NCBI GenBank assembly: GCA_035221665.1 | Contig: CM069143.1 | Coordinates: 42,780,001-42,843,855, forward strand | Direction: 5' to 3' | Length of the DNA stretch: 63,855 nt | Origin: Okamejei kenojei | Taxonomy: Eukaryota | Made by a program: the position numbers and the translations under genes | The notes under the pieces: model-generated | Seen by the model: only the letters and a program-made list of their open reading frames with translations | Databases searched by the model: none | What the model was told of the DNA's origin: nothing | In this document: piece by piece, positions 12,838-25,609 of the stretch | Layout: every line of letters starts with the position of its first letter | How positions within the stretch are numbered: position 1 is the first letter of the stretch

Positions 12838-13480
12838 CGTGGTCTCACTCTGGCACTGGAAGAGGCCCAGGACAAGATGGTCAATATGGGAATGGAAGAG
12901 GAGTTAAAATGGTTATGATTTTGAGATTGAGACAACCATGAGATCCAGTTGGTCTTGGCTGACCAAGCGCAAGTGTTCAGCAAAAGTGTCACTAAGTCTA
13001 TACTTGATCTCACCAATGTACAGGAGGCCACATCGGGAACACTGAATGCAGTAGATGAGGTTAGAGGTGCACATGAACATATGTCTCACCAGGATGGACA
13101 GTTGGGTCTGTCCGTGGATGAATGTGAGGGAGGGGGTTGCATATTCTATACTTGCAGGGAAAAGTACCTTGGGAGGGGTGGTTTGTGTGGGAAGGGATGA
13201 GTAAACCAAGGAGTCACAAAGGGAGTGGTCATTGTGCGAGGCGGTTGTGGGATGCGGATGGGAAGATGTGACTGGTGGTGGGATCCCGTTGAAGCTGGCG
13301 GAAATGTCAGAGAATGATGTGTCAGATGCGTAGGCTGGTGAGGTGAAAGGTCAGGACTAGGGTTCTCAATCCTTGTTCCATCCAGAGGGATAGGGAGCGA
13401 GAGCAGAATTACGGGACTGATAGGCGGGTTTGTGGGATCTATCCATGAGAGCAGGGGCGATACCGCATTTACTAAAGAAA
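12838..13480 (-). mobile_element. PLE fragment with GIY-YIG endonuclease
   Basis: TSNLIYCIQCSRCGLLYIGEIKYRLSDTFAEHLR. Confidence 0.85.
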
Positions 13481-13603
13481 ACTAAAGGCTTAGTGGGTTG
13501 ACTGGCATCTTTTTCTGCCGTAACTGTTACGAATTTATTTGATTCAATATATTTTTATTTAGACATTACAGAATTTAACATTTACCTTCTCATTCTCTTT
13601 TAG

Positions 13604-13777
13604 TTGGTGAACATTTGCTCAAATGACGGACAGCGTCTCTTTGAAGCGGCTTCTGTGGGTTCCATGTTGACAGGAGGTCCTCTTGTCGCCATGCTAGGAA
13701 TTATCTATACAGCTTTGTTTCTCGGCCCTACTGCTCTGCTGGGATCTGCTGTTTTCATTCTTATCTATCCATTACTG
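13604..13777 (+). CDS. ABCC5: ABCC5-like exon (174 nt), TMD1
   Basis: tag|...|gtaagc; LVNICSNDGQRLFEAASVGSMLTGGPLVAMLGIIY..LGSAVFILIYPLL. Confidence 0.95.
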
Positions 13778-14063
13778 GTAAGCATTGAATCCTTTCAAAA
13801 CATAATTTGAATGACATCCAATGTCCCCACTCTTTAACTTGAAGGTGCATTTGGCATTAAAGGCATGTTGACATTTACAGTTGTTTAGCAAAAATATTGA
13901 AACATTTTGGCTAAGCGACAGAGTAAATATGTGATACTGAAAACATGATGGGAATGACTATTTCCTCCTAATTATGCACCATTACTTCAATAGAAAAGAA
14001 CACTGTAAATTTCATTTATGTTGTTTTTTTCAACTTTTGGTGCTCGTCCTTCTAAATCGTCGT

Positions 14064-14350
14064 GGGGCAGCACAATGGCGCAGTGGTTGAGTTTACAGCG
14101 CTAAATTCCCGGGTTGATCCTGACTACGGGTACTGTCTGCACAGAGTTTGTACGTTCTCCTTGTGACTGCATGGGTTTTCTCCAGGTTTTCGGGTTTCCT
14201 CCCACAGTCCAAAGACGTACAGGTTTGTAAATTGTAAATTGTCCCGAGTGTGTAGGATGGTGCAGGTGATCGCCGTTCGGTGTGGACTCAGTGGGCCGAA
14301 AGGCCTATTTCCGGCGCTGTTTCTCTAAAGTGTAAAGTCTAAAGTCTAAA
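14064..14350 (+). mobile_element. HE1-type tRNA-derived V-SINE
   Basis: A-box-like TGGCGCAGTGG, V-core (gagtttgtacgttctcc..tgggttttctcc..ctcccacagtccaaagac), CR1-like tail gggccgaaaggcct and (TCTAAAG)n. Confidence 0.8.
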
Positions 14351-15286
14351 TGGGAGAGCATCCTTCCCTATTATCATATAATGATGTTGGATATTTTTAA
14401 TTATGGATAATGAGATATACACCAGCAGACCTAATGCATGTAATTGATTATTAAATCTGGGCTCAAATTATTTGTTCCTATTTACTTGAATATTTCTTCC
14501 ACTAATACAGAAACAGGTCAGTACATTTGTATTAGATGTCTGTTTGGTTTGAGAGCACTCACTCTGTGGTCCATTGTTGCCTGTCACAAACACCACAGGT
14601 TCCCTCTCAGCCTTAATAGGTTAGACCTGGGTTGTGTCATGCACAAATGGGGGAGGAAATCAGAGGTAGGAGCTACAGAGGTAACTTGGAGAAAAGTAGA
14701 GAGGATCGGAAATAGAGGATGTTCAATGGGCTGAGATCAGTAGGTGGACTAGATGGGGTAAATGTTTGGCTGCTCGGGATTTTGGAGTGAGGGGGTCGTA
14801 CAGGGGCTTTCTTTATTGGGAGCTTTATTGTTCTTGTGTCATTAGTTTAGGCTCTGTAGTCAGGTTGGAAAGTATGTTTTGTTTGACACGCCACTTTGTT
14901 GTCTCTATTAGAATGTGAGAATTTTGGTACTCAGGGAATAATCAGTAATTGGAGGAAGTTTGGATCACCAGATTAGCGGATGGATGGATTTGTAAATTGT
15001 TCGTCTCTGAGGATTCAGGCTAGAGCTCCAAGCAGAAAGTACATACGTACACGTGTGTCGCACATAAGAAGAAAGGAAAATTATAAATATTATGTAACTT
15101 GCAAAATGTAATTGATTTTGATTAGCATTTTTTAAATTGGCACACGAACATTTGTTATTATGTGACCATTTTTTGCCATGCAGATTACAAAGACTCCTAC
15201 AAACAGGAACCAGTTCACTGTTTCAGGCATTGAGTTCCAGACTTTTATGACCCTGTGGGTGAAAAATATATGCTTCCCCATTTTAG

Positions 15287-15620
15287 TGGGTGGCACAATG
15301 GAATAGCTGGTTGAGCTGCTGCCTCACAACCCCAGAAACCCTGATTCTATCCTGACCTTGGGTACTGTCTGTGTAGAGTGTGCACTTTCTCCCTGTGACC
15401 ACGTGGGTTTCCTCCGGGTGCTCCTATTTCCTCCAACATCTGAAAGACATGCCAGTCTGCAAGTTAATTGGTATCTGTATAATTGCCCCTAATGTGTAGA
15501 GAGCGGATGTGGAAATGGGATTACGTAGAAATGGTGTGAACGTTTGATTGATGGTCAGCATGATCTCAGTGGGCCGAACGATCTGTTTCCATGCTGGATC
15601 TTTAAACTAAACTAAACTAA
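15287..15620 (+). mobile_element. HE1-type V-SINE nested in an old minus-strand CR1 (about 15200-16030)
   Basis: Same architecture as 14064-14350; (CTAAA)n tail. Confidence 0.8.
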
Positions 15621-16221
15621 TCCTTTTACCAACTATTTAAATCTGCACATCCTGGTTTTTGGTCTGCTAACCTAGTGAAATACATCTTTTCCATTTACTC
15701 TATCCAGGCCTGTCATCGTTTTAATTATCTCAATTAAGTCTATCTGACTATTACTTGTTTTAAAGAAAACAACCTGACCTTTTCCAAAAAACAAAATGTG
15801 TTAGAGAAAGTTCAACTCACTTTTTGCTCAGATTCCAGCACCTACAGTCTATTCTGTCTGAATGTTTCCAATCTTCAGCTACAATTTCCCAATCCTGGTA
15901 TGATGTTTGTAATTCACCTCTAAATCCTGTCCAAAGCATTCACATCTTTCCTGTGATGTGGTTTCAGTCCTGACAAAGTACTCAGGCTGTGGCCTTGCTA
16001 ATGTTACTCACACTTCCAGCATCACTGAATTTACATTCTATGAAGATTTTGAATAATCTTTAAAGATTGTTGAGCTATGTTCTATGTTGCTTTGATCCTC
16101 CACATCACTCAATATAATCCTGTTTATTTGTATTCTTACTTTATTACATTTTCTCAAATTCATCAAAACATATGTGGGTTAAATCTCATTTTTCTACTGA
16201 GCTAACTACACCAATGGCCAA

Positions 16222-16342
16222 TTTGAAGAAAGGTCCCGACCCGAAACATCACCCATCCTTTTTCTCCAGAGATGCTGCCTGAATTACCCGAACACTTTGT
16301 GTCTATTTTTGGTATAAACCTGCATCTGCAGTTCCTTTCTAC
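16222..16342 (+). mobile_element. PLE 3' tail with degenerate hammerhead core
   Basis: TTGAAGA..ggtcccgaccc GAAAC atc, followed by gatgctgcctga..gcatctgcagttcc. Confidence 0.75.
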
Positions 16343-17069
16343 AAATCATCGGTATATCTTTATTCTGAAGAATTTCTCCTCTTCATTAACTACAAAGCCA
16401 TTTAAAAAAAAAACATCTGCAAACTTCTTTATCATGCCCCTTACATTTTAGTCTGAATCATGAATATATATTACAATAACCAAGGGAAGGAGTATGCTGT
16501 GTAAGAAGGAACTGCAGATGCTGGTTTAATCCAGATTCTGGACTATACAGCCTTGTGAGATCCCGCTCAAAACAGTCTTCCAATCACAATGTATCCATCA
16601 AACATTACCCTTTATTTTCTGCAGCTAACCAAATTTTGTCTCCAATTTATCACTTTTCCTTTAGTATTTTATTAAAATACTTGTTCACTCGATTTTTTTC
16701 AGTTCTGTATAAATCCTGATCACAAACATTAACTTGTATTTTCTTGTCTCAGATACAGGCAGACTTATTATTCATCAGCATTTTCTTTTTTTTTTCATAC
16801 TTCACTTTCATTATTCACTTGTCACATATTGTTTGAGGAATAATCTTTTTGCGACAGATGACATGGATAATTCTAAACTTGTGATTACCTCTCCTATCCA
16901 CCGATGCTTTTGTTGCAACAATCTTGGTCAATGGTGTTAATTAAGCCTGTGAAGAGAACGTATGGTTGGAAAAAGATACGCACAATGATTGATTGCATTG
17001 AATTCATCATTTTTGCTCACTTCTAGATGTAACGTTGACAGGCAATGTATCTTTCTCTTGTTTTCTTAG

Positions 17070-17217
17070 ATGTTTATGTCCAGGTTGACAACTTATTTCA
17101 GGAAGCAATGTATTGCAGTCACAGACAGACGTGTGCGGCTGATGAATGAAATTCTAAACTGCATGAAGTTCATTAAGATGTACACCTGGGAAAAACTGTT
17201 TGCCGAGAAGGTTCACT
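17070..17217 (+). CDS. ABCC5: ABCC5-like exon (148 nt), TMD1
   Basis: tag|...|gtaagt; MFMSRLTTYFRKQCIAVTDRRVRLMNEILNCMKFIKMYTWEKLFAEKVH. Confidence 0.95.
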
Positions 17218-17428
17218 GTAAGTTTAATGTGGTACCCAATAATCTTAGTGGGAAGGTTTCCTGTGGGAAGGTTGCCCAGTTATTAATGGTTTCCAGCTGT
17301 CTTATATAAAGGAGTGGCATGCTAGACCATTATACATTTCAATTATAAGGCAATGTGGTGTTATTGTGGGGCTGAATCACGTCTTTTTCAAACAACATAA
17401 ATTAACCTGTTGGGTTTTATTTTTCAAC

Positions 17429-18334
17429 TTTCGCTAATATCTTAATATTAGATTTTTTAATTTAATCCAAATTCTCATTATGTCATCATGGGATTTTGGA
17501 TCTCAGTTCCTGGGTTATAAATCGCTGTCCGTGGAGGCCTAAATTCCATAGATAGTCAGTATAGTAACACATGTATGCAATGCATCAATTCTGTAAAACG
17601 ATTTTTGATTCATGATATTTAGCTTTAACAGGTTTAATTTAAAAATGTCTGGCTTAGCTGCGTATAATGCTGTATTTATTGGTATAATAGGCTTCATTGA
17701 TTTAATAACTGACAGATCGGCTCAGTCATTTGGTTCACTTATGCCTGGATTACCCCTCTGGCCTTTGTCAATTTGCACCTGCAATCCTTTCTCTGGCTTC
17801 ATAATTTGTAACTCAAACCTTTTGTCTTTTCATCTCAGGCCTTTGTCCAAACATCTGCCTATCAATACCCCCCCGCCCTTTACCTGTGTCTGCCTATTAC
17901 TCACCAAAATTTATCGTGCCCCTCCTTTCCATCTTTCTCCACTCCCACCACCACAATCATTCTGAAGACCGGTCCCGACTTGTAACGCTACCTATTTTAA
18001 AAATTATTTTCAGCAATGATGCTGCCTGACCTGCCGTGTTATTCCAACAGTTTGTGTCTTTTTTTGAAACCAAATACATCAATATGTTCCACAAAGCCAG
18101 ACATTTCTACTTATAAATTAAAGTCAAACCTGTTAAACCTGAATATTATTAATCAATTTTTTTTTACAGAATTAATACATATGATACAAATGTGTATGTA
18201 CTGACAATCTATGGAGTTTAGTAATCCACAAACGACGACTAATAACCCAGAAATTTAGATCCAATTCCCATGATGACATAATGAGAATTTGGATTGTATG
18301 TTAAAAATCTAATATTAAGATGACATTAGTGAAA
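17429..18334. repeat. Long imperfect inverted repeat (arms 17429-17655 and 18094-18334)
   Basis: The arms align by eye over about 230 nt; e.g. AATCCAAATTCTCATTATGTCATCATGGGA is exact between them. The spacer holds a PLE tail. Confidence 0.85.
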
Positions 18335-18871
18335 TTTTACAAATCTTGCATCTGCAGTTCCTTATATCTCCTCTCAACTATGCTATTTGGTATATACTTA
18401 AGAGGATGGCATTTTAATTCATTTCAAGATCTTTATCAATTCTCTTTCACATTTTGTTATAAAAATACAGAAGAATTTGATGGTTTGATTACTGTTTTTG
18501 GTTTTCACAGAAAATTGAACAGCAATATGTCTGATTGCAGTTGTAAAATAGTTAAGAGAGAAAACAATGCCTGCTCATGTAAAAATTATGGTATTTTAGG
18601 ACAATAAGGACAACATTATTCAACATCTGCCTCTTTTTAAATGTTTATATGTACCTTTCACTGTATCCCTCCCATTAAATTAATTCATATTCCATTTACT
18701 CCATTTCCAGATGTCTATTATATTTGATGTAAAACAAATTTTGACTATACTTCCCTTTCAGTCTTAACTTCATAACTTTATACCTTTTCCTTGATGTTCA
18801 AAAGCCTCACGATTTAAACAGTTTTTGTCGATCATGTTGAAAACCATGATAATATTCATTTCTCCTTGCAG

Positions 18872-19020
18872 TGATCAGAAGCAGAGAGAGACACTTTTTG
18901 GAAAAAGCAGGTTATGTGCAGAGTATCACAGTTGGAGTTGCTCCAATTGTGGTTGTTGTATCCAGTAGCTGCACATTCACACTCCACATGGCAATGGGAT
19001 ATGATTTAAATGCAGCTCAG
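18872..19020 (+). CDS. ABCC5: ABCC5-like exon (149 nt), TMD1
   Basis: cag|...|gtaaac; IRSRERHFLEKAGYVQSITVGVAPIVVVV..DLNAAQ. Confidence 0.95.
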
Positions 19021-19510
19021 GTAAACACAATCATAGTTCTATTAAACGGAGATACTGTAACATGAAAGCATTTCAGATGCATGGTTAAGGCTGATAGATT
19101 CACCATGGGATATGAGGGCTTGGCCTAAATGCTAATATATTGGTGAAGCATTGTGTTCTTGGAATAGAAGACCATGAGATGTCATGGACACATGAATTGT
19201 ATTGCATAACATAATGTTTATGTACCTAATATGATCAAATGTGACTGTATTCTGCAGTCCGCTGAAAAATCGCCTAACTGGGACAGGCCCATTATGCACA
19301 TGCACAGCATCCTAGCAAATACCTGGATGCCACTACCATAATTTTCATGCACTGCTGGTGTGGGCCACTTACACAGAAGCAGCCTTTCATTGCACGTGAA
19401 AGCCATATTGTGGAACTACATAAAGGAGGGCTGTTTGAACAATTTTTGGCCTTGGGGTTTGGCACTGGAAATTCACTTCAGCTGAGACTTTCTGTTAGTC
19501 TATAATTTCT

Positions 19511-20335
19511 GGAAGTGGCGGTGCTGCCCTGCAGCTGCGGCTCGCCTGCAGTCCGTTTGTCTTTTTTTTCGGTTTTCTTTTGTCCTGTTGTTTTAGTTTA
19601 TTCAGTTTATTTTAGGTGTGTATGTGTGGGGGGGGGCTGGGAGAAACATGTTTTTGACTCTTCCCTCGGGGGGGGGGGATGCAACCTTTTCTTGTCGTAT
19701 CCCCCGTCTCCATCTCCGTCTGCGCTGAGGCCTAATCGCGGAGCTGGCGGCCTCCAACTGGGACCAGGTCGGTGCTCCGGAGGCAGAACCAGGACTTACC
19801 TACGCGGGGCTGGCCGACTTCAGAGCTGTGGTGGCGTTGAGGCGGCGGCAACCCGATTTTGGAGCCTCGGAGGCTCGGCCACGATCCCAGTGGACTCGGC
19901 CACGGGCCCAGTGGACGACAACATCGGGAGCTCGCAGGTCCCAGGTTGATGACCGGTTCTCCGGAGCTCCCGGAACAACAGCTTTGTCCGCTGGTCTGGA
20001 GGGTGGCAGCTTCGTCCGCACCGAGCCGCGGGGTTTGAACCGGCCCGTTCGCGGAGCTCAGATTCGGCCGCGGGATTTACCATTATCCGACGGGGTCACA
20101 ACATCGGAAGCCTGGATCGCCTCAACGCAGAGGGAGAACAAGGAGGGAAGAGACAAGGACTTTAAGACTTTTGCCTTCCATCACAGTGAGGAGGTGCCTG
20201 GTAGACTAACTGTGGTGGATGTTAAATCTGTGTTAATTGTGTGTTTTGTTATTTTATTCTATGATATGTCTGCAAGGCACGAAATTTCGTTCAGACTGAA
20301 AAGTCTGAATGACAATAAAGGATACTTTGACTTAC
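19511..20335 (+). mobile_element. GC-rich non-coding composite retroposon, copy 1
   Basis: GC head, T-rich and G-run block, GC-rich body, TCCATCACAGT/ACTGTGGTGGA hairpin, tail stem-loop then TGACAATAAA. Architecture shared with 41478-42517 and 50745-50990. Confidence 0.7.
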
Positions 20336-20579
20336 TTTTTAAATGCATAGCCCTGTTAGCAGTTCCTCATTGGGCTTCCCGATCTCTCCCTCATCTACTC
20401 CCTTCCCAAGCGCCAATCTGTTGGCCTTCCACAATTCAATCACATCCCTGAACCCCTCACAAGAGCAGCTGATCAAAACTTTCCCTTCTACCCTTAAGAT
20501 TCCTGTCAAGTTTTCCTTTATTGTGAAATGAACAAAGGGAGGGTCTTTTTCTTGATTGATTATGCAAGATTAGAGACAC

Positions 20580-20830
20580 AGGAGGAGCCTGGTCAGGATT
20601 CACCGCACAGAGCCCAGTCCCTCCACGCATTAGAGTCTCCCAAACCCTGCAGAGTAGTTATTAAGATGGTTGATCCATGGGCGGTTCCTGCTGGGGCACA
20701 AGTCGTGGGCCTGATCAACCCCGGCTGGGTTGGCTGGGCGAGGGTGTCTGATGTTGTGGGACCCTAAACACTGGATGACCCCAGGTCACATCACTGAGGA
20801 TGCGTCCCAGCGCATCTAGAAGATGTATAT
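20580..20830 (+). mobile_element. Probable Hero/R2-like (RLE) LINE 3' end
   Basis: Remnant RWL..DPW..AGAQV then a structured UTR (ctgatcaaccc..gagggtgtctgatgtt..gacc..acatcactga.gatg). Family recalled from fish elements, not searched. Confidence 0.4.
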
Positions 20831-21447
20831 TATTCACATCGAGAATTCCTGATTATAGAAAACATGCATTATATCATTTTGAAGCGGCATTGGTTTGCCA
20901 TGCTCTTAATGTTAACTTAATCCACCATTCCTCATGATAAAGAATTTAGTGTGTTCACTGAAAATCATCTAATATGTAATTGCTGCTACAATACTGCACA
21001 AATTGTATTCAACATTGTAATTAACTTTAAATTGATATCACATATACAGTATAACATTGTGTTGTTCCACACTCATGTTATGAGTGTTTCATGTAGGTTA
21101 TTGCTTCACTTGTTATTTCATTTTATGTTCACAAATAAAGCAATCCCTCTCTTCCAGATTACAGATCCACCTATCATTTTGAGTATTTACCAGTAGTACA
21201 TTTTGAACATTGTTTTTTAGGGCAAGTAAATGATTTATAAAAGATTTACCAATGTTTATTTTGTGATTAAAAGTTATAATCAATTTGAATATTAAGTCTT
21301 TAATCTAGGTTAATTCTAATTGTTCAAATTAAATTTCTATCTAAAATATCAATAGGTTTTGCTTTTTTGGATACTGTGTGATTACTCCACATTCCAGCAT
21401 TTTCTATTTTTTTTATCATTCTAATTTTGTTTTCTTTACATATGTAG

Positions 21448-21555
21448 GCATTTACAGTTGTTGCAATCTTTAATGCAATGACCTTTGCCTTGAAAATTAC
21501 ACCCATATCTGTGAAAGCCCTGTCAGAGGCATCCGTTGCTGTGGGCAGATTTAAG
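21448..21555 (+). CDS. ABCC5: ABCC5-like exon (108 nt), TM6
   Basis: tag|...|gtataa; AFTVVAIFNAMTFALKITPISVKALSEASVAVGRFK. Confidence 0.95.
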
Positions 21556-21799
21556 GTATAATTTTTGAACTTCAATGAAATACTCATTTACCTTGCAAGT
21601 GTTGTAGTATATTTAAGACACCGAAAACAGGTGTTCAGATAGTACATTGATATTTATTGATAATGTTGATTATCCCTGAATCTATTAGTCACATCTAGTT
21701 ATGTTAACCTAAAGGACTGTTCAAGAGTCAAAAGGACCGCACTATGCCTTTGTAGCATTATTTGGTAGGAAATGTATGCTTGTAAGCAGGGACACATGA

Positions 21800-21957
21800 A
21801 GTTTGCTGTTACTTCTGAAATGAGATGCGTCCAACAGCATAGCACACCCACAGTATTGAACCAAAATGTCAGCCTTGTATTTATACTTAAATTGCTGGAA
21901 TAAGATCTAATTGTGACTGACGATTTGAGTGCTACTCACTGAGCCACAGCTGATACA
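21800..21957 (-). mobile_element. Ancient Deu-domain SINE (SacSINE1-like)
   Basis: ccaacagcatagcacacccacagtattg..tgtcagcct..gagtgctactcactgagccacagctga resembles the reverse of the Deu-SINE head and core. Confidence 0.55.
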
Positions 21958-22255
21958 TCTCCAACTGTAGTGCAAATGACAGATTAAAGATTGTGATTGA
22001 GGATACCCAGCATGCCCCTCAAATATATCGTAGAACTCAATCTATAACGTTAATGGGTTGTTTTAATTCTCCAAATGTAGGTGTATTTATAATATGCCTT
22101 TTGAGAAAGGAGAATCTCCAACAAAACAATACAAAGTGTGTTTAATTCACTTATTTTGCCGCAACTATTTATTCAGCTGTTTGCTTTCCCCTGAGAATAA
22201 TTGATTTTTTTAAACTGATTATGTGTTTACTCAATCTTCCTGCTCTGACTTGTAA

Positions 22256-22546
22256 AGGCCTGTCCCGCTGTACGATGTAATTCAAGAGGTCTCCCGAGTT
22301 TAAAAAAAAACCAAACTCGTGGTAAGTACGTAGAATGTACAGAGCTCGGGACGTCTCTTAACAGCTCGTAACGCTAACGGCAGGTACTCGGGAAACGCGG
22401 TAAGCTCGTGAAGACTTTTCAACATGTTGAAAAATATCCACGAGAGCCCCGAGTACCTACGAGCGGCTATTACCGTAATTCTCCGAGTTCGAATCAGGGG
22501 AACTCGGGAGAACTCTTGAATTACCTCGTACAGTGGGACAGGCCCT
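22256..22546. mobile_element. PIF/Harbinger-type MITE
   Basis: TIRs of about 45 bp (AGGCCTGTCCC.CTGTACGA.GTAATTCAAGAG.TCTCCCGAGTT); TAA TSD at 22253-22255 and 22547-22549. Confidence 0.85.
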
Positions 22547-24261
22547 TAAAAAGGTATCTTAACATTTTTAATGCCTTTTTGTGGCTTTGCTGCTAGATGA
22601 TAACAAAAAGCAGTTGAATTTTTTAATGCTTATTTTAAATACTTTTCTTTACTGAATGGTGGAAAGTGTTTGCTAATTAAAGATTCCAGTCTAAATACCA
22701 TTTACCGATTGAAACGAAGGCAATTTCTACAAACATTAATGAATTTGACTAAAACAGTATTTGTTGACTAAAACAGCTGTAGTTGTGCCTATTCAGCAGT
22801 TGCTATTAAACCATATGTTTTGCCCAGCAAAACCAGCACTGCCAAGATCTTGTCTGAATTTGAAGAATTGCCAAGCTTGCAAATCAGAATTTTGTAAATG
22901 CATGAACAAATTTGTCCATTAACTTCAAATTAAGTTATTTTTTTCTTGTCCATTTGAAGTCCTCATAATTCCTCTTAAAATTAACATTTTGGTTTAAATA
23001 TGTAAGATTTAAATCTTCAACCCAATCATGAATTCGTCTACAAATTCCTCTGTAATTTGCACCATCTGTTGGGTATTCTGTGCCACAGAAAATAACATGG
23101 AGCTCTCATTTGGGTTGAACTCACTATTATACATTACAATGGCATTATGCTGAATAATACAATAAAAATAGCAATTCCGTGCCAAATTAGACTTATTTGC
23201 AGTATTTATATGCTTACACAAGCTTCTTTCATTCCACTTGACTCAGCTATCATCGACCTGTAATTTATTTTAAATGCTATCATATTCAGTGTCCCATACC
23301 ATTTTATTTAATGTAGTTTCCTTTTGAAAGATGCTAAATTATTTTCCTCAGCTTCCTTAGCTAGAAAGTTCTGCACTCTGACCACGAGGAATTAAGACAT
23401 TTCACCTTATTTTCAAGATAGATTTATCTGCAATGATCTTGAATTTTTAGCCTTGAGTTTTGGATTGCAACTCAAGTGGAAACATTTCAATTCCATCCTA
23501 CATAACCCATTAATAATTTTAAAGACCTCAGTTAAGTTAGTTTCATGTTTTCTCATGTACGGGGAAAAGACTCCAATCTTTTCAATATTTCCTGATATCA
23601 ATAATCTCTTCTTTCTGGTCCTAACATTGTAACTTTTCATTTTATAACTCTTCCAGTATTTCTGTATCTTTTTCGTAGTATGGGCACAGGCATGTACTCA
23701 GTACAATATATCCAGTTTGTCCTGTTCTACTTTTTAATTCAGTAGCTTTGGAAATCAATCCCAGTGTTTCATTGGAAGGGAAATAGCAAATTGGCAACCT
23801 GCACCTGAATCTATTTTGTATACCTATTTCTATTTATGTTGCATTTGAAGGAAATGTCAAATATGCTGCACTTTAACTCTGGAAATAATCTTCTAGAACA
23901 AAACTTTCACGAGAGAAAAATTAAGGAGGAATTAATTGAATTTAAAATTCAATAGATTTCAATAAATTACCACATATGAAGATGAAGGTGCTTTCAGTTC
24001 GCAGAGATGTGAGGAATTACCAAATGAAATAAAATTGGCAACTTTTCATCCATCTCAAAATCAAGGCAATTGCAATTAGTAACTGATGTCACATCTTTAT
24101 CTTTGAAACGTGCCCATCTAAATCTAAATCAGGTGAAATTTCTTGCAAAATTAAAATCTTTGTGTATTCCTCGAGTACTAAATTCAGAAGGTTGATAATA
24201 TTTTAGCAAGATTGCAAGAAGAGCTTTGATCAAAATGTATTCCCTCTTCTCAATTCTATAG

Positions 24262-24627
24262 CATTTACTTTTAATGGAAGAACTAGAAGTTGTAAGAAAA
24301 CAGCCCATTAGCTCACATAATGACATAGAATTTTGTGATGCTACCTTGGCATGGGACAGCAGCAGTACTTCTTCTTTTGAGAGAAAAGCAGATTCAAACA
24401 AGGATGATGTGAAGAAGATTAAAAAAAGAACGGCGAGAGGGATGGAGAAGAAAAAGTTGAATCTTTATGTTCAAGCTGACTCAGAAAATTCACTTGTCAA
24501 ACAAAATGATCATCTGTTGCATGGCAATAAATTGCAATTTGATCACGACAACCTACACGTTAACTTATCATCTCCAAAGCCCAGATTCCAGGCAACCCTG
24601 CACCACATCAACTTAAATGTCAAACAG
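24262..24627 (+). CDS. ABCC5: ABCC5-like exon (366 nt), TMD1-NBD1 linker and regulatory insertion
   Basis: tag|...|gtatga; HLLLMEELEVVRKQP..IEFCDATLAWDSS..RFQATLHHINLNVKQ. Confidence 0.93.
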
Positions 24628-24654
24628 GTATGAGAATGTATAAGGCATGATCAG

Positions 24655-25535
24655 AAAGTTTGCAGATGGTACCATAGACATTGAAAATGGTTATCAAGAA
24701 ATATAGCAGGATTTTAAGCAAAACACAAGTATGAGGGAACTTAGTGGGTCACGCAACATCTGGGGAGGACACGAACAGGTGATGTTTCGGTCAGGACCCC
24801 TGCTGAGATCCTCCAATACATTGTGTTATGCTCAAGATTCCAGCATCTGCAGTCTCTAGTGTTTACAGATCGATCTTGATCAGCTGAGGAAATGGGTTAA
24901 GGAATGGCAAATGGAGTTTTGTAACTGTGGAGTGTTGCATTTTGGAAAGTCAAACCAAGGCAGAACATTCACAGTGAATGATAGGACACTGGGGAATATT
25001 GAAGAACAGAGGGATTCAGGAGGATAGGGACATAGTCCTCTGAAAGTGTTCACTTTTGGTCATCCTCCTATAGGAAAGATACCATTACACTGAAAAGAGC
25101 GTAGAGAAGATTTGGGGGGGTGGGGGGTGGGGGGGGGGGGGTTGTGTGCTCAAGTGTCTCAGCTATAGGAAAAGATTTGGCAGACTAGGACTTTATTCTG
25201 GCTAAGGTGGCTAAGGTGTGATCTTATAAAGATGTATAAAATAATGAAGGGAATAGAAAGGGCGAATCACAGAATCATTTTCCCAAGGTAGTAGCGTCAA
25301 GAACTGCAGGGCATAGGTTAATTTGAGAAAGAAAAGATGGGAATCTAAGGGTCATCATTTTCATACAGTAACAATTTTTAAAATACATTTGTACACGTAA
25401 CTGGATAGAAGAGGTTCAGAGGGATATGGGTCAGGCAAATGCAAATGATACTAGCCTGGATCGTGCATTTTAATTGGCATGGACAAATTGGGGCAAAGGG
25501 CCTCTTCCCACGCCATATGACTGCATGACTCTTGG
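24655..25535 (+). mobile_element. Old CR1 LINE 3' part containing a PLE-tail insertion (about 24715-24868)
   Basis: Degenerate FAD..WQMEF..LHFGKSN RT text and CR1 3' UTR. Confidence 0.65.
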
Positions 25536-25609
25536 TATACATAAATAATATTTTCGAAATGTTACGTTTCAGGATTCCTACCCTGTTTTAATTTTTCATT
25601 TGGAACATA

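Noticed and set aside
19800-20451. 207-aa and overlapping ORFs
   Set aside because: They lie in a GC-rich repeat and are not conserved in the related copy at 41478-42517.
23009-23221. Minus-strand acceptor-like site plus short ORF, as a nested antisense gene
   Set aside because: The peptide is unrecognised and the length is compatible with chance.
25112-25141. G-runs able to form G-quadruplexes (also near 10600-10730, 11985 and 42946)
   Set aside because: Homopolymer expansions inside TEs with unreliable lengths and no functional evidence.
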